Assembly: GCF_039594485.1 (NCBI RefSeq)
Contig: NZ_JBCNNI010000002.1
Location: 19,715-83,714, forward strand
Direction: 5' to 3'
Length of the DNA stretch: 64,000 bases
Source: Sphingomonas sp.
GTDB taxonomy: Bacteria; Pseudomonadota; Alphaproteobacteria; Sphingomonadales; Sphingomonadaceae
Translations under genes and position numbers: made by a program
The notes under the pieces: model-generated
The model's input: only the letters and a program-made list of their open reading frames with translations
Database searches by the model: none
What the model was told of the DNA's origin: nothing
In this document: piece by piece, positions 26,591-36,882 of the stretch
Numbering within the stretch: the stretch's first letter is position 1
Layout: each line of letters starts with the position of its first letter

Positions 26591-28015
26591 TTATGCGCAA
26601 GCGACGAGCTTGCCCGGATTGAACAAGCCGTGCGGATCGAGCGCCGTCTTGATGGCGCGGATCGCCGCGACCCGCTCGGGCGAGAGGCGGACCAGTTCGT
26701 CGCGCTTCATCTGGCCGATGCCATGCTCGGCGGAGATGGTGCCGCCCGCCGCCATGACCAGGTCATGGACGAACCGCGTGATGGTGGCGGCGTCCTCGGC
26801 ATAGAAGCGCTCGCGGTCGGTGCCGGGGGCGGCGCGGACATGGAAATGGATATTGCCGTCGCCCAGATGCCCGAAGCCGGACGCGTGGGTGCCAGGGAAG
26901 CGCGCGTCGCAGGCGGCGGCGGCCTCGATCATGAAGCGCGGCATCGTCTCCACGGGCACCGCGATATCGTGCTGCACCGCCGGACCGAGCGCCCGCTCGG
27001 CATCGGAAAGCGAGTGGCGGAGCAACCAGAAGGCATGTGCCTGCGTGTCGGATGCGGCGATGATCGCATCCGACACCAGGCCCTCCTCCAGCGCCTCGGC
27101 GAGGCGTGCCTCCAGCATCCCGGCCGGGTCGGCGGTCGGATCGCCGGTCACCGCCTCGATCAGGACGTGCCAGGGATGGTGACCCGACAGCGGCGGACGG
27201 GCACCGGGCAGATGCGCGACGGCGGCGGCGAGGCTTTCGGCAGGCAGGATCTCGAAACTCTCGATCATGTCGCTTGCCGCCTGCAATCGGCGCAGCAGCG
27301 CCAGGCCTGCGGCGGGATCGGCCAGCCCGACCCAGGCCGTGGCATGCGCGACGATGGCCGGCGCCAGGCGAAGCGCGGCGGCGGTGACGATGCCCAGCGT
27401 CCCCTCCGCCCCGATCAGCAACTGGCCGAGGTCATAGCCGCGATTGTCCTTCTTCAGCGCCGACAGACCATCATACAGCGTCCCGTCCGGCAACACCGCC
27501 TCGACGCCCAGTGTCAGCCCGCGCATCGTGCCGAAGCGCAGCACCTGCGTACCGCCGGCATTGGTCGAGACAAGCCCGCCGACCGTCGCATTGCCCTTGG
27601 CGCCCAGGGTCAGGGGAAAGCGCCGCCCCTCGACCTCGGTCGCCGCGTGCAGATCGGCCAGGATCACCCCCGCCTCGACCACCGCCATCCCCGCGCCCGC
27701 GTCGATCCGGCGAATCCGGTTCATCCGGCGGGTGGAGAGAATCAGCGCCGAGCCGTCCTGCGGCGGCGTCGCCCCGCCGACCATCGAACTATTGCCCCCC
27801 TGCGGCACCAGCGGCACGCGGTGTTCGGCCGCCGCGCGCAGCACCGCCTGGACCTCGGCCGTGTCGGCGGGGGCGAGGATGGCCGGGGCGTGCCCCTGGA
27901 AACGCCGGCGCCAGTCAATTTCCCATGGCGCGATCAGCGCGGGATCGGTGACGATACCCTTGTCGCCAAGCCGGGGGCGGAGCGCAGCGATCAGCGCGGT
28001 CTGGGCCTTGTTCAT
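26591..28015 (-). CDS. FAD-binding oxidase (GlcD / D-2-hydroxyacid dehydrogenase family)
   Basis: 474 aa. FAD-binding PCMH-type N-terminus (VPQGGNSSMVGG) and a C-terminal FAD-oxidase domain (GTISAEHGIG). Confidence 0.9.
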   Translation of the reverse strand: MNKAQTALIAALRPRLGDKGIVTDPALIAPWEIDWRRRFQGHAPAILAPADTAEVQAVLRAAAEHRVPLVPQGGNSSMVGGATPPQDGSALILSTRRMNRIRRIDAGAGMAVVEAGVILADLHAATEVEGRRFPLTLGAKGNATVGGLVSTNAGGTQVLRFGTMRGLTLGVEAVLPDGTLYDGLSALKKDNRGYDLGQLLIGAEGTLGIVTAAALRLAPAIVAHATAWVGLADPAAGLALLRRLQAASDMIESFEILPAESLAAAVAHLPGARPPLSGHHPWHVLIEAVTGDPTADPAGMLEARLAEALEEGLVSDAIIAASDTQAHAFWLLRHSLSDAERALGPAVQHDIAVPVETMPRFMIEAAAACDARFPGTHASGFGHLGDGNIHFHVRAAPGTDRERFYAEDAATITRFVHDLVMAAGGTISAEHGIGQMKRDELVRLSPERVAAIRAIKTALDPHGLFNPGKLVACA

Positions 28016-28080
28016 GCCCTCCCGCTAAAACAGGTTCATGCAGCGTTCAATGTCCGGCCCTATCATCTCGCGCCGACATC

Positions 28081-28542
28081 ATGGTGTGCCGATTCCCGAA
28101 ACTCCCCGCCGCCTTCCTGGCGACGCTGGCGACGCCCGCCCTGCTGGGCGCGGCCGAATCGCCGAATCAGCTTCGCCTGGACCAGACCCAATATACGCAG
28201 ATGATTGTGCGCGAGCGGGTCATCGTCCGCGTACCGCGAACGCCCCCGCCGATGGTCACCCCCAGCCGGTGGAAGGAGCGCAAGGGCCCGCGCTGCATCC
28301 CCGCCCAGCAAATGGCGGGCGCGCTGCCCGGCGACCGGGGCACGGTCGACATCGTGCTGAACGGCGGCAAGCGGGTGCGCGCCCGATTGGCGCGGACCTG
28401 TCGCCAGATCGACTATTACTCTACCTTCTATATCCGCCCCGGACCCGACGGCCAGATTTGCGCCGGGCGCGATCCGATCCGCACGCGGGCGGGCGCAACC
28501 TGCGAGATCGATCGCTTCCGCGCGCTGGTTCCCGCCCGCTGA
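28081..28542 (+). CDS. exported hypothetical protein
   Basis: N-terminal signal-peptide-like segment (LPAAFLATLATPALLGAAE). 153 aa with coding-like bias. Confidence 0.55.
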   Translation: MVCRFPKLPAAFLATLATPALLGAAESPNQLRLDQTQYTQMIVRERVIVRVPRTPPPMVTPSRWKERKGPRCIPAQQMAGALPGDRGTVDIVLNGGKRVRARLARTCRQIDYYSTFYIRPGPDGQICAGRDPIRTRAGATCEIDRFRALVPAR

Positions 28543-28656
28543 TCGATCGGCGACACGCGCGAAAAACTTGACTTTCGCCCATAAATCCGCAAGCGGCGTA
28601 GGCTGCTGGGCGAGTGCGGGGCGATTCCCATCCCGCGCCAAATTCCGGAAAACTGC

Positions 28657-30090
28657 ATGAGCTTTGCCGATCTCGGCCTCTCCGACGAACTTCTGAAGGC
28701 GGTCAACGACGCCGGCTATACCGAGCCGACGCCGATTCAGGCCTCCGCCATCCCGTCCGTGCTGATGATGCGCGACATCATCGGCATCGCGCAGACGGGG
28801 ACGGGCAAGACGGCCTCCTTCGTGCTGCCGATGATCGACATCCTCGCCCATGGCCGGAGCCGCGCGCGGATGCCGCGCAGCCTGATCCTGGAGCCGACCC
28901 GCGAACTCGCCGCGCAGGTCGCCGAGAATTTCGAGAAATACGGGGCGAACCACAAGCTCTCCATGGCGCTGCTGATCGGCGGCGTGTCGATGGGCGACCA
29001 GATCAAGGCGCTGGAAAAGGGCGTCGATGTTCTGATCGCGACGCCGGGCCGGTTGATGGACCTGTTCCAGCGCGGCAACATCCTGCTGACCGGCTGTTCG
29101 ATGCTGGTCATCGACGAGGCGGACCGGATGCTCGACATGGGGTTCATCCCCGATATCGAGGAAATCTGCACCAAGCTGCCCAAGCAGCGCCAGACGCTGC
29201 TCTTCTCCGCGACGATGCCGCCGCCGATCAAGAAGCTGGCGGACAAGTTCCTGGACAACCCCAAGACGATCGAGGTCGCCCGCCCCGCCTCGACCAACAT
29301 CAACATCACCCAGTTCGTGGTGCCCGTCGCGGCCCAGTCGTTCGAGAAGCGCAAGCGGCTGCGCCAGTTGCTGTCGCAGGAGGAGGTTCGCACCGCGATC
29401 ATCTTCTGCAACCGCAAGACGACCGTGCGCGAGCTGAACAAGAGCCTGAGGACGCACGGCTTCCGGTCGGGCGAGATCCATGGCGACATGGAACAGGCGC
29501 AGCGCCTGGCCGAGCTGGACCTGTTCAAGCGCGGCGAAGTGAACATCCTGGTCGCCTCGGACGTCGCGGCGCGCGGGCTGGACGTCAAGGGCGTCAGCCA
29601 TGTGTTCAACTTCGACGCACCCTGGCATCCCGACGACTATGTCCATCGGATCGGTCGCACGGGTCGCGGCGGCGCGACGGGCGTCGCCTATACCTTCGTC
29701 ACGCCGGATGATGCCGAGAATCTGGAAAATATCGAAAAGCTGACCGGGCAGAAGATCGAGCGGCTGGAACTGCCGCCCGTCGCCGAAGAGGAGCGGCCCG
29801 CCCGCCGCCCGCGCCGCGATCGTACGGCACGCGGCGATACGGCGGAAGCCGATGTTCCCGCCCGCGAAGAGCCGCAGACCGAGGCTCCGCGCGCACGCGC
29901 ACCCCGCCCGCGCCGTGAAGAAGCTCGCCGCGAAGAACCGCGTTTCGAGGAACCCCGTGCGGCACGGCAGGAGGCACGCGACGACGATCGCCGCCGCGAC
30001 CGTCGCCGGTCGAACGCGGACGAGGCACCCGACGATGGTGGCTGGAACGGGCCGATCCCCGACTTCCTCAAGGTATCGTTCGGCGCCTGA
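28657..30090 (+). CDS. DEAD-box ATP-dependent RNA helicase (RhlE-like) with an Arg/Glu-rich tail
   Basis: Q motif, AQTGTGKT, DEAD (VIDEADRML), SAT, HRIGRTGR. C-terminal RRPRRDR-rich extension. Confidence 0.95.
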   Translation: MSFADLGLSDELLKAVNDAGYTEPTPIQASAIPSVLMMRDIIGIAQTGTGKTASFVLPMIDILAHGRSRARMPRSLILEPTRELAAQVAENFEKYGANHKLSMALLIGGVSMGDQIKALEKGVDVLIATPGRLMDLFQRGNILLTGCSMLVIDEADRMLDMGFIPDIEEICTKLPKQRQTLLFSATMPPPIKKLADKFLDNPKTIEVARPASTNINITQFVVPVAAQSFEKRKRLRQLLSQEEVRTAIIFCNRKTTVRELNKSLRTHGFRSGEIHGDMEQAQRLAELDLFKRGEVNILVASDVAARGLDVKGVSHVFNFDAPWHPDDYVHRIGRTGRGGATGVAYTFVTPDDAENLENIEKLTGQKIERLELPPVAEEERPARRPRRDRTARGDTAEADVPAREEPQTEAPRARAPRPRREEARREEPRFEEPRAARQEARDDDRRRDRRRSNADEAPDDGGWNGPIPDFLKVSFGA

Positions 30091-30110
30091 CCGCGCGGAA
30101 AGGCCAGCCC

Positions 30111-30332
30111 TTGTCGCTCGACATCATCAGCTTCGTCGATCCGCAGCCGCAGGGGATTGCCAGCCCCTGCGTCAATGTGTGCACGATGGACAAGGCCACC
30201 GGCTGGTGCCTGGGCTGTGCGCGCACGATCCGGGAAATCTCCAACTGGAGCGCCAAGCCGCCCGAGGAGCGCCGCACGATCCTGGCCGCGCTGCCCGCCC
30301 GCAAGGCGGAACTGGCGACGCGCACGCGCTGA
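30111..30332 (+). CDS. DUF1289 domain protein
   Basis: SPCVNVCTMDKATGWCLGCARTIREISNW matches the conserved Cys pattern of DUF1289. Confidence 0.75.
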   Translation: MSLDIISFVDPQPQGIASPCVNVCTMDKATGWCLGCARTIREISNWSAKPPEERRTILAALPARKAELATRTR

Positions 30333-30434
30333 ACGGGCGGAGCCTGGGGATCGCCGGGTCGCCGACTGGCCCGGCCCGGCCCATGTCCCCACGCCCCCTC
30401 CAACCTGACGGGAAGCGGGATAACGGTCCTTGCT

Positions 30435-31202
30435 CTACCGCCCGGTGAATCGCCCCGGCCGCCGCTCGGCCACGGCGCGTACCCCTTCCGCGAAATCCTC
30501 GGTCCGCATCAGTTTCGCCTGCTCGCCCAGTTCATGATCGGTCGCCGCCTCGACCAGCGCGCGCAGGTCACCGCGCAAGGTGCGCCGGGTGGACGCCACC
30601 GCCAGCGGGGCCGCCGCCGCGATCTCCTGCGCCAGCGCCATGGCCGCCGCCTGCAATTGGCCGGCAGGGACGAGATGGTCGACCAATCCCCAGCGTTCCG
30701 CTTCCTCGCCGCGGATACGTCGCCCGGTCAGCAGCATCATCGCCGCGCGCTGCCGCCCGATGACGCGTTCCAGCACCGCCGAGATGCCGAAGCCGGGGTG
30801 CAGCCCCAGCGCCACGAAATTCGCCACGAACCGGGCCTCGGGCGATGCCACCCGGAAATCGGCGACCAGCGCCAGGCCCAGTCCCGCACCGACCGCCGCC
30901 CCCTGCACCGCAGCGACCACCGGCTTCGCCACCCCGAACAGGCGTGTCGCCGCCATGTAGAAGGGATTGCGCTCCCCCGGCGGCGGCGGCTCCGCCACCG
31001 GATTGGCATTCACCAGATCCGCCCCCGCACAGAATACCCGACCCTCGGAACGCAGCAAAATGGCTCGGATATCGGGATCGACATCGGCCGCGTCGAACGC
31101 ACGACCCAATTCGGAAATGGTTCCTAGCCCCAGATGATTATTCGGAGGATTCCGTAGGGTCAGGATCGCCACGGCCCCGTCACGCGCAATTTCCATTGTC
31201 AT
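30435..31202 (-). CDS. enoyl-CoA hydratase/isomerase family protein
   Basis: Crotonase-fold motifs FCAGADL and GAAVGAGLGLAL. 255 aa. Confidence 0.9.
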   Translation of the reverse strand: MTMEIARDGAVAILTLRNPPNNHLGLGTISELGRAFDAADVDPDIRAILLRSEGRVFCAGADLVNANPVAEPPPPGERNPFYMAATRLFGVAKPVVAAVQGAAVGAGLGLALVADFRVASPEARFVANFVALGLHPGFGISAVLERVIGRQRAAMMLLTGRRIRGEEAERWGLVDHLVPAGQLQAAAMALAQEIAAAAPLAVASTRRTLRGDLRALVEAATDHELGEQAKLMRTEDFAEGVRAVAERRPGRFTGR

Positions 31203-31571
31203 AAACCCCTATTAGCGCGCTTTTCACGGAATCCGCCAGCACCATACCCGTTGCTCGAAAGACACACCGAACCGTTATCGGACCGTATCAGCGTCGCAAG
31301 AGCTTGAGCGCCCCCCGACAAGCGGCGTAGATGACATTGGTGTCAGAAATGACCCGCCGAAAACAGGCGGGCGTCAGGCATCGGGAGCCGGCGGGCTCCG
31401 TGTCGGGAGGGGATGCCGGGCGGCCCGATGGCGGGCCGCCCCTTCCTCCATCCTCACAGCCCCGCCCGTCGCGCGACCTTGCGCGGTGGGAGCCCATCAG
31501 GGTCCGGCACCGAAAGCAGGACCGGAGCGGGCGAGCGATCGCCTCCGCGACCGGCGTTTGGGGAACCGACG

Positions 31572-34565
31572 ATGAAGACGATCATGACCGCCGCGCTCCG
31601 CGCGACCCTGGCCACCTCCACCATCCTGGGCAGCGCCGCCATCACCCTCGCGCCCGCCGCCGCGCAGACCACCACCGCGCAGATACGCGGACAGGTGCGC
31701 GACGCGACCGGCGCGGGCAGCAGCGGCGCACAGGTGGTCGCGGTCAACACCGCGACCAACCAGACCTATCGCCAGACCGCCGATGCCGCGGGCAATTTCG
31801 TGCTCGGCGGCCTCCGCCCCAGCCAGTACCGCGTCACCGCGACCGCCGCCGACGGTACGACCGTCACGCAACTGGTGACCGTTTCGATCGGCCAGTCGGC
31901 GACGCTCGACCTGCGCGTCGGCGCGGCGGCTCCGGCGGGCGAAGGCGGCGCGGCCACCGGCGCCGAGGTGGCGGCGGGCGACACCGGCGAGGCAACGAGC
32001 CAGGACATCGTCGTCACCGGCAACCGGCTAGTCGAGACCCGCACCAGCGAGATCGCGACCAATGTCAGCCAGACGCAGATCCGCACCCTGCCCCAGACCG
32101 ATCGCAACTTCCTGACCTTCGCCGCACTCGCGCCGGGCGTCCGCTATAACGACAGCGAAACCGACAAGAGCTTCACCTCGGGCGCCTCGACCGCCAGCCA
32201 GGTCAATGTGTTCATCGACGGCGTATCGCTGAAGAACAAGCTTCGCGAGGGCGGCGTGGCGGGTCAGCAGAACAGCCGGGGCAATCCCTTCGGCCAGTTG
32301 GCGGTGCAGGAATTCCGCGTCCTGACCCAGAATTACAAGGCCGAGTATGAACAGGCTGGCTCCGCGATCATCACCGCCATCACCAAGTCGGGCACCAACG
32401 AGTTCCACGGCGAGATCTTCGGGCAATATACCAATCGCGGCCTGACCGAACGCAGCTATCTGGACATCATCAACGACCGGCCCAAGCCCGCCTTCACCCG
32501 CAAGCAATATGGCGCGTCGCTGGGCGGGCCGATCATCAAGGACAAGCTGTTCTTCTTCGGCGCCTATGAGGGCAATGACCAGGACCGCGCCTTCAACGTC
32601 CAGAGCACCGGCTCGGCCGCGGCGATCGCCGAGTTCGAACAGTTTTCGGGCCGCCGGCTCAGCGACTTCCAGGGCGCCTTCGTCAGCCCCTTCCGCGCCG
32701 ATTTCTTCTTCGGCAAGCTGACCTTCACCCCCGACGACCGCCAGGTCTTCGACCTGTCGTACAGCCGCCGGACCGAGAGCGACATTCAGGGGTTCGGCAA
32801 CGACGTCGCGTTCGAGGCGGCGGAGAACAAGCTGAACACCGTCGACACCTATCTCTACAAATGGACCTATAACGGCGACAATTTCATCAACGAATTCAAC
32901 GCCAATTATCTCAGCTACGTCTTCAATCCGACCTCGCTGAACCCCAATCTGCCAAGTTACGAATATGCCTCGGTCATCACCTTCGGCGGCAAGGATTCGA
33001 CCCGGCGCGAGGCGCAGAAGAATTACAGCTTCCGCGACGACTTCACCTATAGCGGGCTCGACAAGCACGTCTTCAAGATGGGTGCGCGGATCGAGGTCAC
33101 CGATATCACGTTCAACAACCAGGCCTATATCCAGCCGCGCTATACCTTCCGGCGCGAGCCGCAGAACAATCTGACCTTCTCCTTCCCCGCCGAGGCACGG
33201 CTGGGCCTGGGCAATGGCCGCATCTTCGGATCGAACACGCAACTCGGCCTGTACATCCAGGACGACTGGGACGCGACCGAGCGGTTGCAGTTCAATGTGG
33301 GCGTCCGCTGGGACTATGAGACCAACGGGTTCAACAACGACTATCGCACCCCCGCCGCCGCAGCAGCAGCACTCCGCGCGCTGCCCCGGACGCGCTATTT
33401 CGATCCCGAGAACTACATCACCGACGGCACCAGGCGGAAACCCTTTGCGGGTGCGATCGCGCCGCGCTTCGGCTTTTCCTGGGACATCAAGGACGACCAG
33501 ACGACGGTCATCTTCGGCGGCGCAGGCCGCTATTATGACCGCAACAATTTCAACAACACGGTCGACGAGCTCAGCCGCACGATCAACCCGATCGGCGTGT
33601 TCCGCTTCTCCGCCGATGGCCGCCCGCGCAACGGCTTGCCCACCGTTCAGTGGAACCCGTCCTATGCCACGCGCGACGGACTGCTGACCCTGATCAACAC
33701 CAACCCGGAGGTCGGCCTGCCCGAATTGTTCGCGGTCAAGAACAATGCCCGTCCGCCGGTCAACGATCAGGTGTCGCTGGGCGTCCGGCAGAAGATCGGC
33801 GTGTTCCAGGCCTCGCTGACCGGCTCCTATCAGCGCGGGCGCAACGGCTATACCAACCTGTTCGCCACCCGGACGCTGAACGGCGAAGGGGCATGCTGCA
33901 ACACCGCGCCGGTCATCCCCTTCGGCTATTCCAACGCGCTGATCGGGTTCGACGGGCTGGACACGCGCTACAAGGCGATCTTCTTCACCCTGGACAAGCC
34001 CTATAGCCAGGCCTCGGGCTGGGGCGTGAACATCGCCTATACCCTGTCCAAGGCCGAGCAGAATGGCGGCGACCTGTTCAGCCTGGATGCGGTGACGCCC
34101 GACGATTATGGCTGGCGCCCCAGCACGGGTGACGAACGCCACCGGATCGTCCTATCGGGGATCGTCGACCTGCCGCTGGGCTTCCAGTTCTCGACGCTGA
34201 CCACCTTGGGCAGCGGTTCGGCCTACCGGGTCACGGACGGCACCAATGGCGCCGATTCCGGCTTCAACCGATTCACCGCCGCCTATCCCGAGAAGAACTG
34301 CATCAAGGGTCTGTTCGCGTTCTGCGAGGTCAATCTGACCCTGGCCAAGAAATTCCGCGTATTCGGCCGCAGCGACCAGTTGGAGGCCGCGGTCGACCTG
34401 CTCAACGCCTTCGACAACAAGAATTTCTCGGGCTTCGACGACTTCTTCAACAACACCCCCGCCCCCGGTGGCGGGGTGACCGACCCGCTGGAGCCAGCAC
34501 GGATCGGCACCAATCTGCTCACCCTGCCGCGCCGGGTCCAGTTCCGGCTGGGCTATCGCTTCTGA
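31572..34565 (+). CDS. TonB-dependent receptor with an N-terminal carboxypeptidase-regulatory-like domain
   Basis: Signal peptide MKTIMTAALRATLATSTILG..AAAQ. CarbopepD_reg-like segment (IRGQVRDATG...VVAVNTATNQTYRQTADAAGNF). Plug and barrel, with the terminal ...FRLGYRF. Confidence 0.9.
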   Translation: MKTIMTAALRATLATSTILGSAAITLAPAAAQTTTAQIRGQVRDATGAGSSGAQVVAVNTATNQTYRQTADAAGNFVLGGLRPSQYRVTATAADGTTVTQLVTVSIGQSATLDLRVGAAAPAGEGGAATGAEVAAGDTGEATSQDIVVTGNRLVETRTSEIATNVSQTQIRTLPQTDRNFLTFAALAPGVRYNDSETDKSFTSGASTASQVNVFIDGVSLKNKLREGGVAGQQNSRGNPFGQLAVQEFRVLTQNYKAEYEQAGSAIITAITKSGTNEFHGEIFGQYTNRGLTERSYLDIINDRPKPAFTRKQYGASLGGPIIKDKLFFFGAYEGNDQDRAFNVQSTGSAAAIAEFEQFSGRRLSDFQGAFVSPFRADFFFGKLTFTPDDRQVFDLSYSRRTESDIQGFGNDVAFEAAENKLNTVDTYLYKWTYNGDNFINEFNANYLSYVFNPTSLNPNLPSYEYASVITFGGKDSTRREAQKNYSFRDDFTYSGLDKHVFKMGARIEVTDITFNNQAYIQPRYTFRREPQNNLTFSFPAEARLGLGNGRIFGSNTQLGLYIQDDWDATERLQFNVGVRWDYETNGFNNDYRTPAAAAAALRALPRTRYFDPENYITDGTRRKPFAGAIAPRFGFSWDIKDDQTTVIFGGAGRYYDRNNFNNTVDELSRTINPIGVFRFSADGRPRNGLPTVQWNPSYATRDGLLTLINTNPEVGLPELFAVKNNARPPVNDQVSLGVRQKIGVFQASLTGSYQRGRNGYTNLFATRTLNGEGACCNTAPVIPFGYSNALIGFDGLDTRYKAIFFTLDKPYSQASGWGVNIAYTLSKAEQNGGDLFSLDAVTPDDYGWRPSTGDERHRIVLSGIVDLPLGFQFSTLTTLGSGSAYRVTDGTNGADSGFNRFTAAYPEKNCIKGLFAFCEVNLTLAKKFRVFGRSDQLEAAVDLLNAFDNKNFSGFDDFFNNTPAPGGGVTDPLEPARIGTNLLTLPRRVQFRLGYRF

Positions 34566-34634
34566 TGACGGACGAGCCGGGGGCGATGCCGCGTCCCCGG
34601 CCCCGCGCACCGGGCACAGGACAAGGATATCGCC

Positions 34635-36056
34635 ATGTACGACCGCCGCCGCCTCCTGGGCCTGGGCGGCCTGAGCCTCGCCGCGCTCGCCACTGGTTGC
34701 ACGCGCGGCCCGGTGACGCCGCCCCGGATCATCCCAAGCGCACAGCCCGACCTGATCCGCGAGCTACAGGAACGCACCTTCCGCTTCTTCTGGGAGACGA
34801 CCGACGCGGCGACCGGCCTCGCCCCCGATCGGTGGCCCACGCCGTCCTTCGCCTCGGTCGCGGCGGTCGGATTCGCGCTGACCGCCTATCCGGTGGGGGT
34901 GGTCAATGGCTGGATCACGCGGGACGAGGCGCGGGCCCGGACGCTGACCACGCTGCAATTCCTCGCCGATGCTCCGCAGGGGCCGGGCGAGACCGGCTTC
35001 AGCGGCTATAAGGGCTTTTTCTATCATTTCCTGGGCGTTACCAAGGGGTTGCGCTTCGCCCGGTGCGAGCTGTCGACGGTAGACACCGCGCTGCTCCTGG
35101 GCGGTATCCTGTTCGCGCAGAGCTGGTTCGACACCGACCATCCCGACGAGGCGCGCATTCGGGCGCTCGCCGACCGGATCTATGCCGCGGTCGACTGGAC
35201 CTGGATCACGCCGCGCGCGCCGCTGCTGTCGATGGGCTGGCACCCGGAGACGGGGTTCATCAGGTCCGACTGGGATATCTATAACGAGGGGATGCTGCTC
35301 TATCTGCTGGCGCTGGGTTCCCCCACCCATCCGCTGCCCGAGGGGACATGGGCGGCGTGGTCCAGCCGGTTCGAGGCGAGCTGGACCGATCGCTGGGGCC
35401 TGCCGCATCTGCACTTCGCGCCGCTGTTCGGCCATCAATACAGCCATGTCTGGGTGGACTTCAAAGGCATTCGCGACCCCTATATCGCGTCCAAGGGCAT
35501 CGATTATTTCGAGAACAGCCGCCGCGCCGCCTATGCGCAGCAACGCTATGCCATTGACAATGCGGGACGCTGGCGGGGCTATGGCGCCGATGTCTGGGGG
35601 CTGACCGCCTGTGACGGGCCGGGCGACTTCACCCAGACGATCGACGGCCTCGAACGGCGCTTCTACAGCTATTCGGCGCGCGGGCCCGGCGAGCGCGACG
35701 ACGGGACGCTGGCTCCGACCGCAGCGGCGGCCTCGATCGCCTTTGCCCCCGACATCGCCATTCCGGCGGTGCGCGCGATGCACGACCGTTACGGTTCGGG
35801 GATCTATGGCCGATATGGCTTTCTCGACGCGTTCAACCCCACGCTGACCGATCCGCCCGCACCGTTGAAGCATGGACACATCGTCCCCGGCATCGGTTGG
35901 GTGGACAAGGACTATCTGGGCATCGATCAGGGACCCATCGTCGCGATGATCGAGAATCATCGCACCGGCCTGATCTGGAAGACCATGCGGCGGAACCCAC
36001 ATCTGCGGCGGGGATTGCAAAGGGCAGGATTCACCGGCGGATGGCTGAACGAATAG
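34635..36056 (+). CDS. glucoamylase-family / GH144-like (endo-beta-1,2-glucanase type) protein
   Basis: Tat/lipoprotein-like N-terminus (RRRLLGLGGLSLAALATGC). The FFWETTD...GLAPDRWP and GFFYHFL motifs are typical of this family as I recall it. Confidence 0.7.
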   Translation: MYDRRRLLGLGGLSLAALATGCTRGPVTPPRIIPSAQPDLIRELQERTFRFFWETTDAATGLAPDRWPTPSFASVAAVGFALTAYPVGVVNGWITRDEARARTLTTLQFLADAPQGPGETGFSGYKGFFYHFLGVTKGLRFARCELSTVDTALLLGGILFAQSWFDTDHPDEARIRALADRIYAAVDWTWITPRAPLLSMGWHPETGFIRSDWDIYNEGMLLYLLALGSPTHPLPEGTWAAWSSRFEASWTDRWGLPHLHFAPLFGHQYSHVWVDFKGIRDPYIASKGIDYFENSRRAAYAQQRYAIDNAGRWRGYGADVWGLTACDGPGDFTQTIDGLERRFYSYSARGPGERDDGTLAPTAAAASIAFAPDIAIPAVRAMHDRYGSGIYGRYGFLDAFNPTLTDPPAPLKHGHIVPGIGWVDKDYLGIDQGPIVAMIENHRTGLIWKTMRRNPHLRRGLQRAGFTGGWLNE

Positions 36057-36081
36057 CCGCCGCCCGTTCGCGGAGACCCTG

Positions 36082-36861
36082 ATGCCCGACACCATCCTGA
36101 TCACCGGCGCCTCGGCCGGGCTGGGCGCGGACTTTGCGCGGGCCTTGGCCCGAAAGCCCGTGACCTTGGTCCTGACCGCCCGGCGCACCGACCGGCTCGC
36201 CGCGCTGGCGCAGGAACTCGGCCAACGACCGGGGGTGGAGGTGCATGTCATCTCCGCCGATCTGGCGCGGGTGGACGGGGTGGAGACGCTGCTCACGGGG
36301 ATCGCCGATCGCGGCCTGTCGATCGACACGCTGATCAACAATGTCGGTTACGGTGCACTGGGCGATTTCGCCGACAGCGATCTGGCGACGCAGACCGGCA
36401 TGATCGACCTGAACTGCCGCGCGCTGGTCACGCTGACCCATGCCCTGTTGCCGCCGATGCTGGCGCGCGGGCGCGGCGCGGTGCTGAACGTCGCGTCGAC
36501 GGCCGCCTTCCAGCCGGGGCCCTATATGGCGGTCTATTATGCCAGCAAGGCGTTCGTGCTGCATTTCTCCGAGGCGCTGCACGAAGAGGTCCGAGCGCGC
36601 GGCGTGACCGTCACCGCATTATGCCCAGGGCCAACCAGGACCGAGTTCGCCGATGTCGCGGGCATGGCGGAAACGCCGCTGTTCACCCGCTTCGCCTCGG
36701 ACTCCGAACAGGTGGTGCGCGACGGACTCGCCGCGCTGGACCGGGGGCAGGCGGTGATGGTGTCGGGGCTGTTCAACCGGCTGACCGCCGTCAGCACGCG
36801 GATCGCGCCGCGCGGGCTGCTGCGGCGGGCCGTCGCGCAGTTGCAGAGCGGGCGGCGCTGA
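36082..36861 (+). CDS. SDR family oxidoreductase
   Basis: ITGASAGLG cofactor motif and YYASK catalytic motif. Confidence 0.9.
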   Translation: MPDTILITGASAGLGADFARALARKPVTLVLTARRTDRLAALAQELGQRPGVEVHVISADLARVDGVETLLTGIADRGLSIDTLINNVGYGALGDFADSDLATQTGMIDLNCRALVTLTHALLPPMLARGRGAVLNVASTAAFQPGPYMAVYYASKAFVLHFSEALHEEVRARGVTVTALCPGPTRTEFADVAGMAETPLFTRFASDSEQVVRDGLAALDRGQAVMVSGLFNRLTAVSTRIAPRGLLRRAVAQLQSGRR

Positions 36862-36882
36862 ACCTGTTCGCGCGACGCTGAG

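Noticed and set aside
28063-29646. 527-aa minus-strand ORF, and the 365-aa + ORF at 28614
   Set aside because: They overlap the DEAD-box helicase gene, whose frame carries all the helicase motifs. The alternative frames are Arg/Gly-rich.
31203-31571. Cobalamin or TPP riboswitch upstream of the TonB-dependent receptor
   Set aside because: I saw no B12-box-like GCCACTG and no TPP CUGAGA element. Only generic GC hairpins are present.
32028-34142. 704-aa minus-strand ORF
   Set aside because: It is antisense to the TonB-dependent receptor gene and has no recognisable domain.
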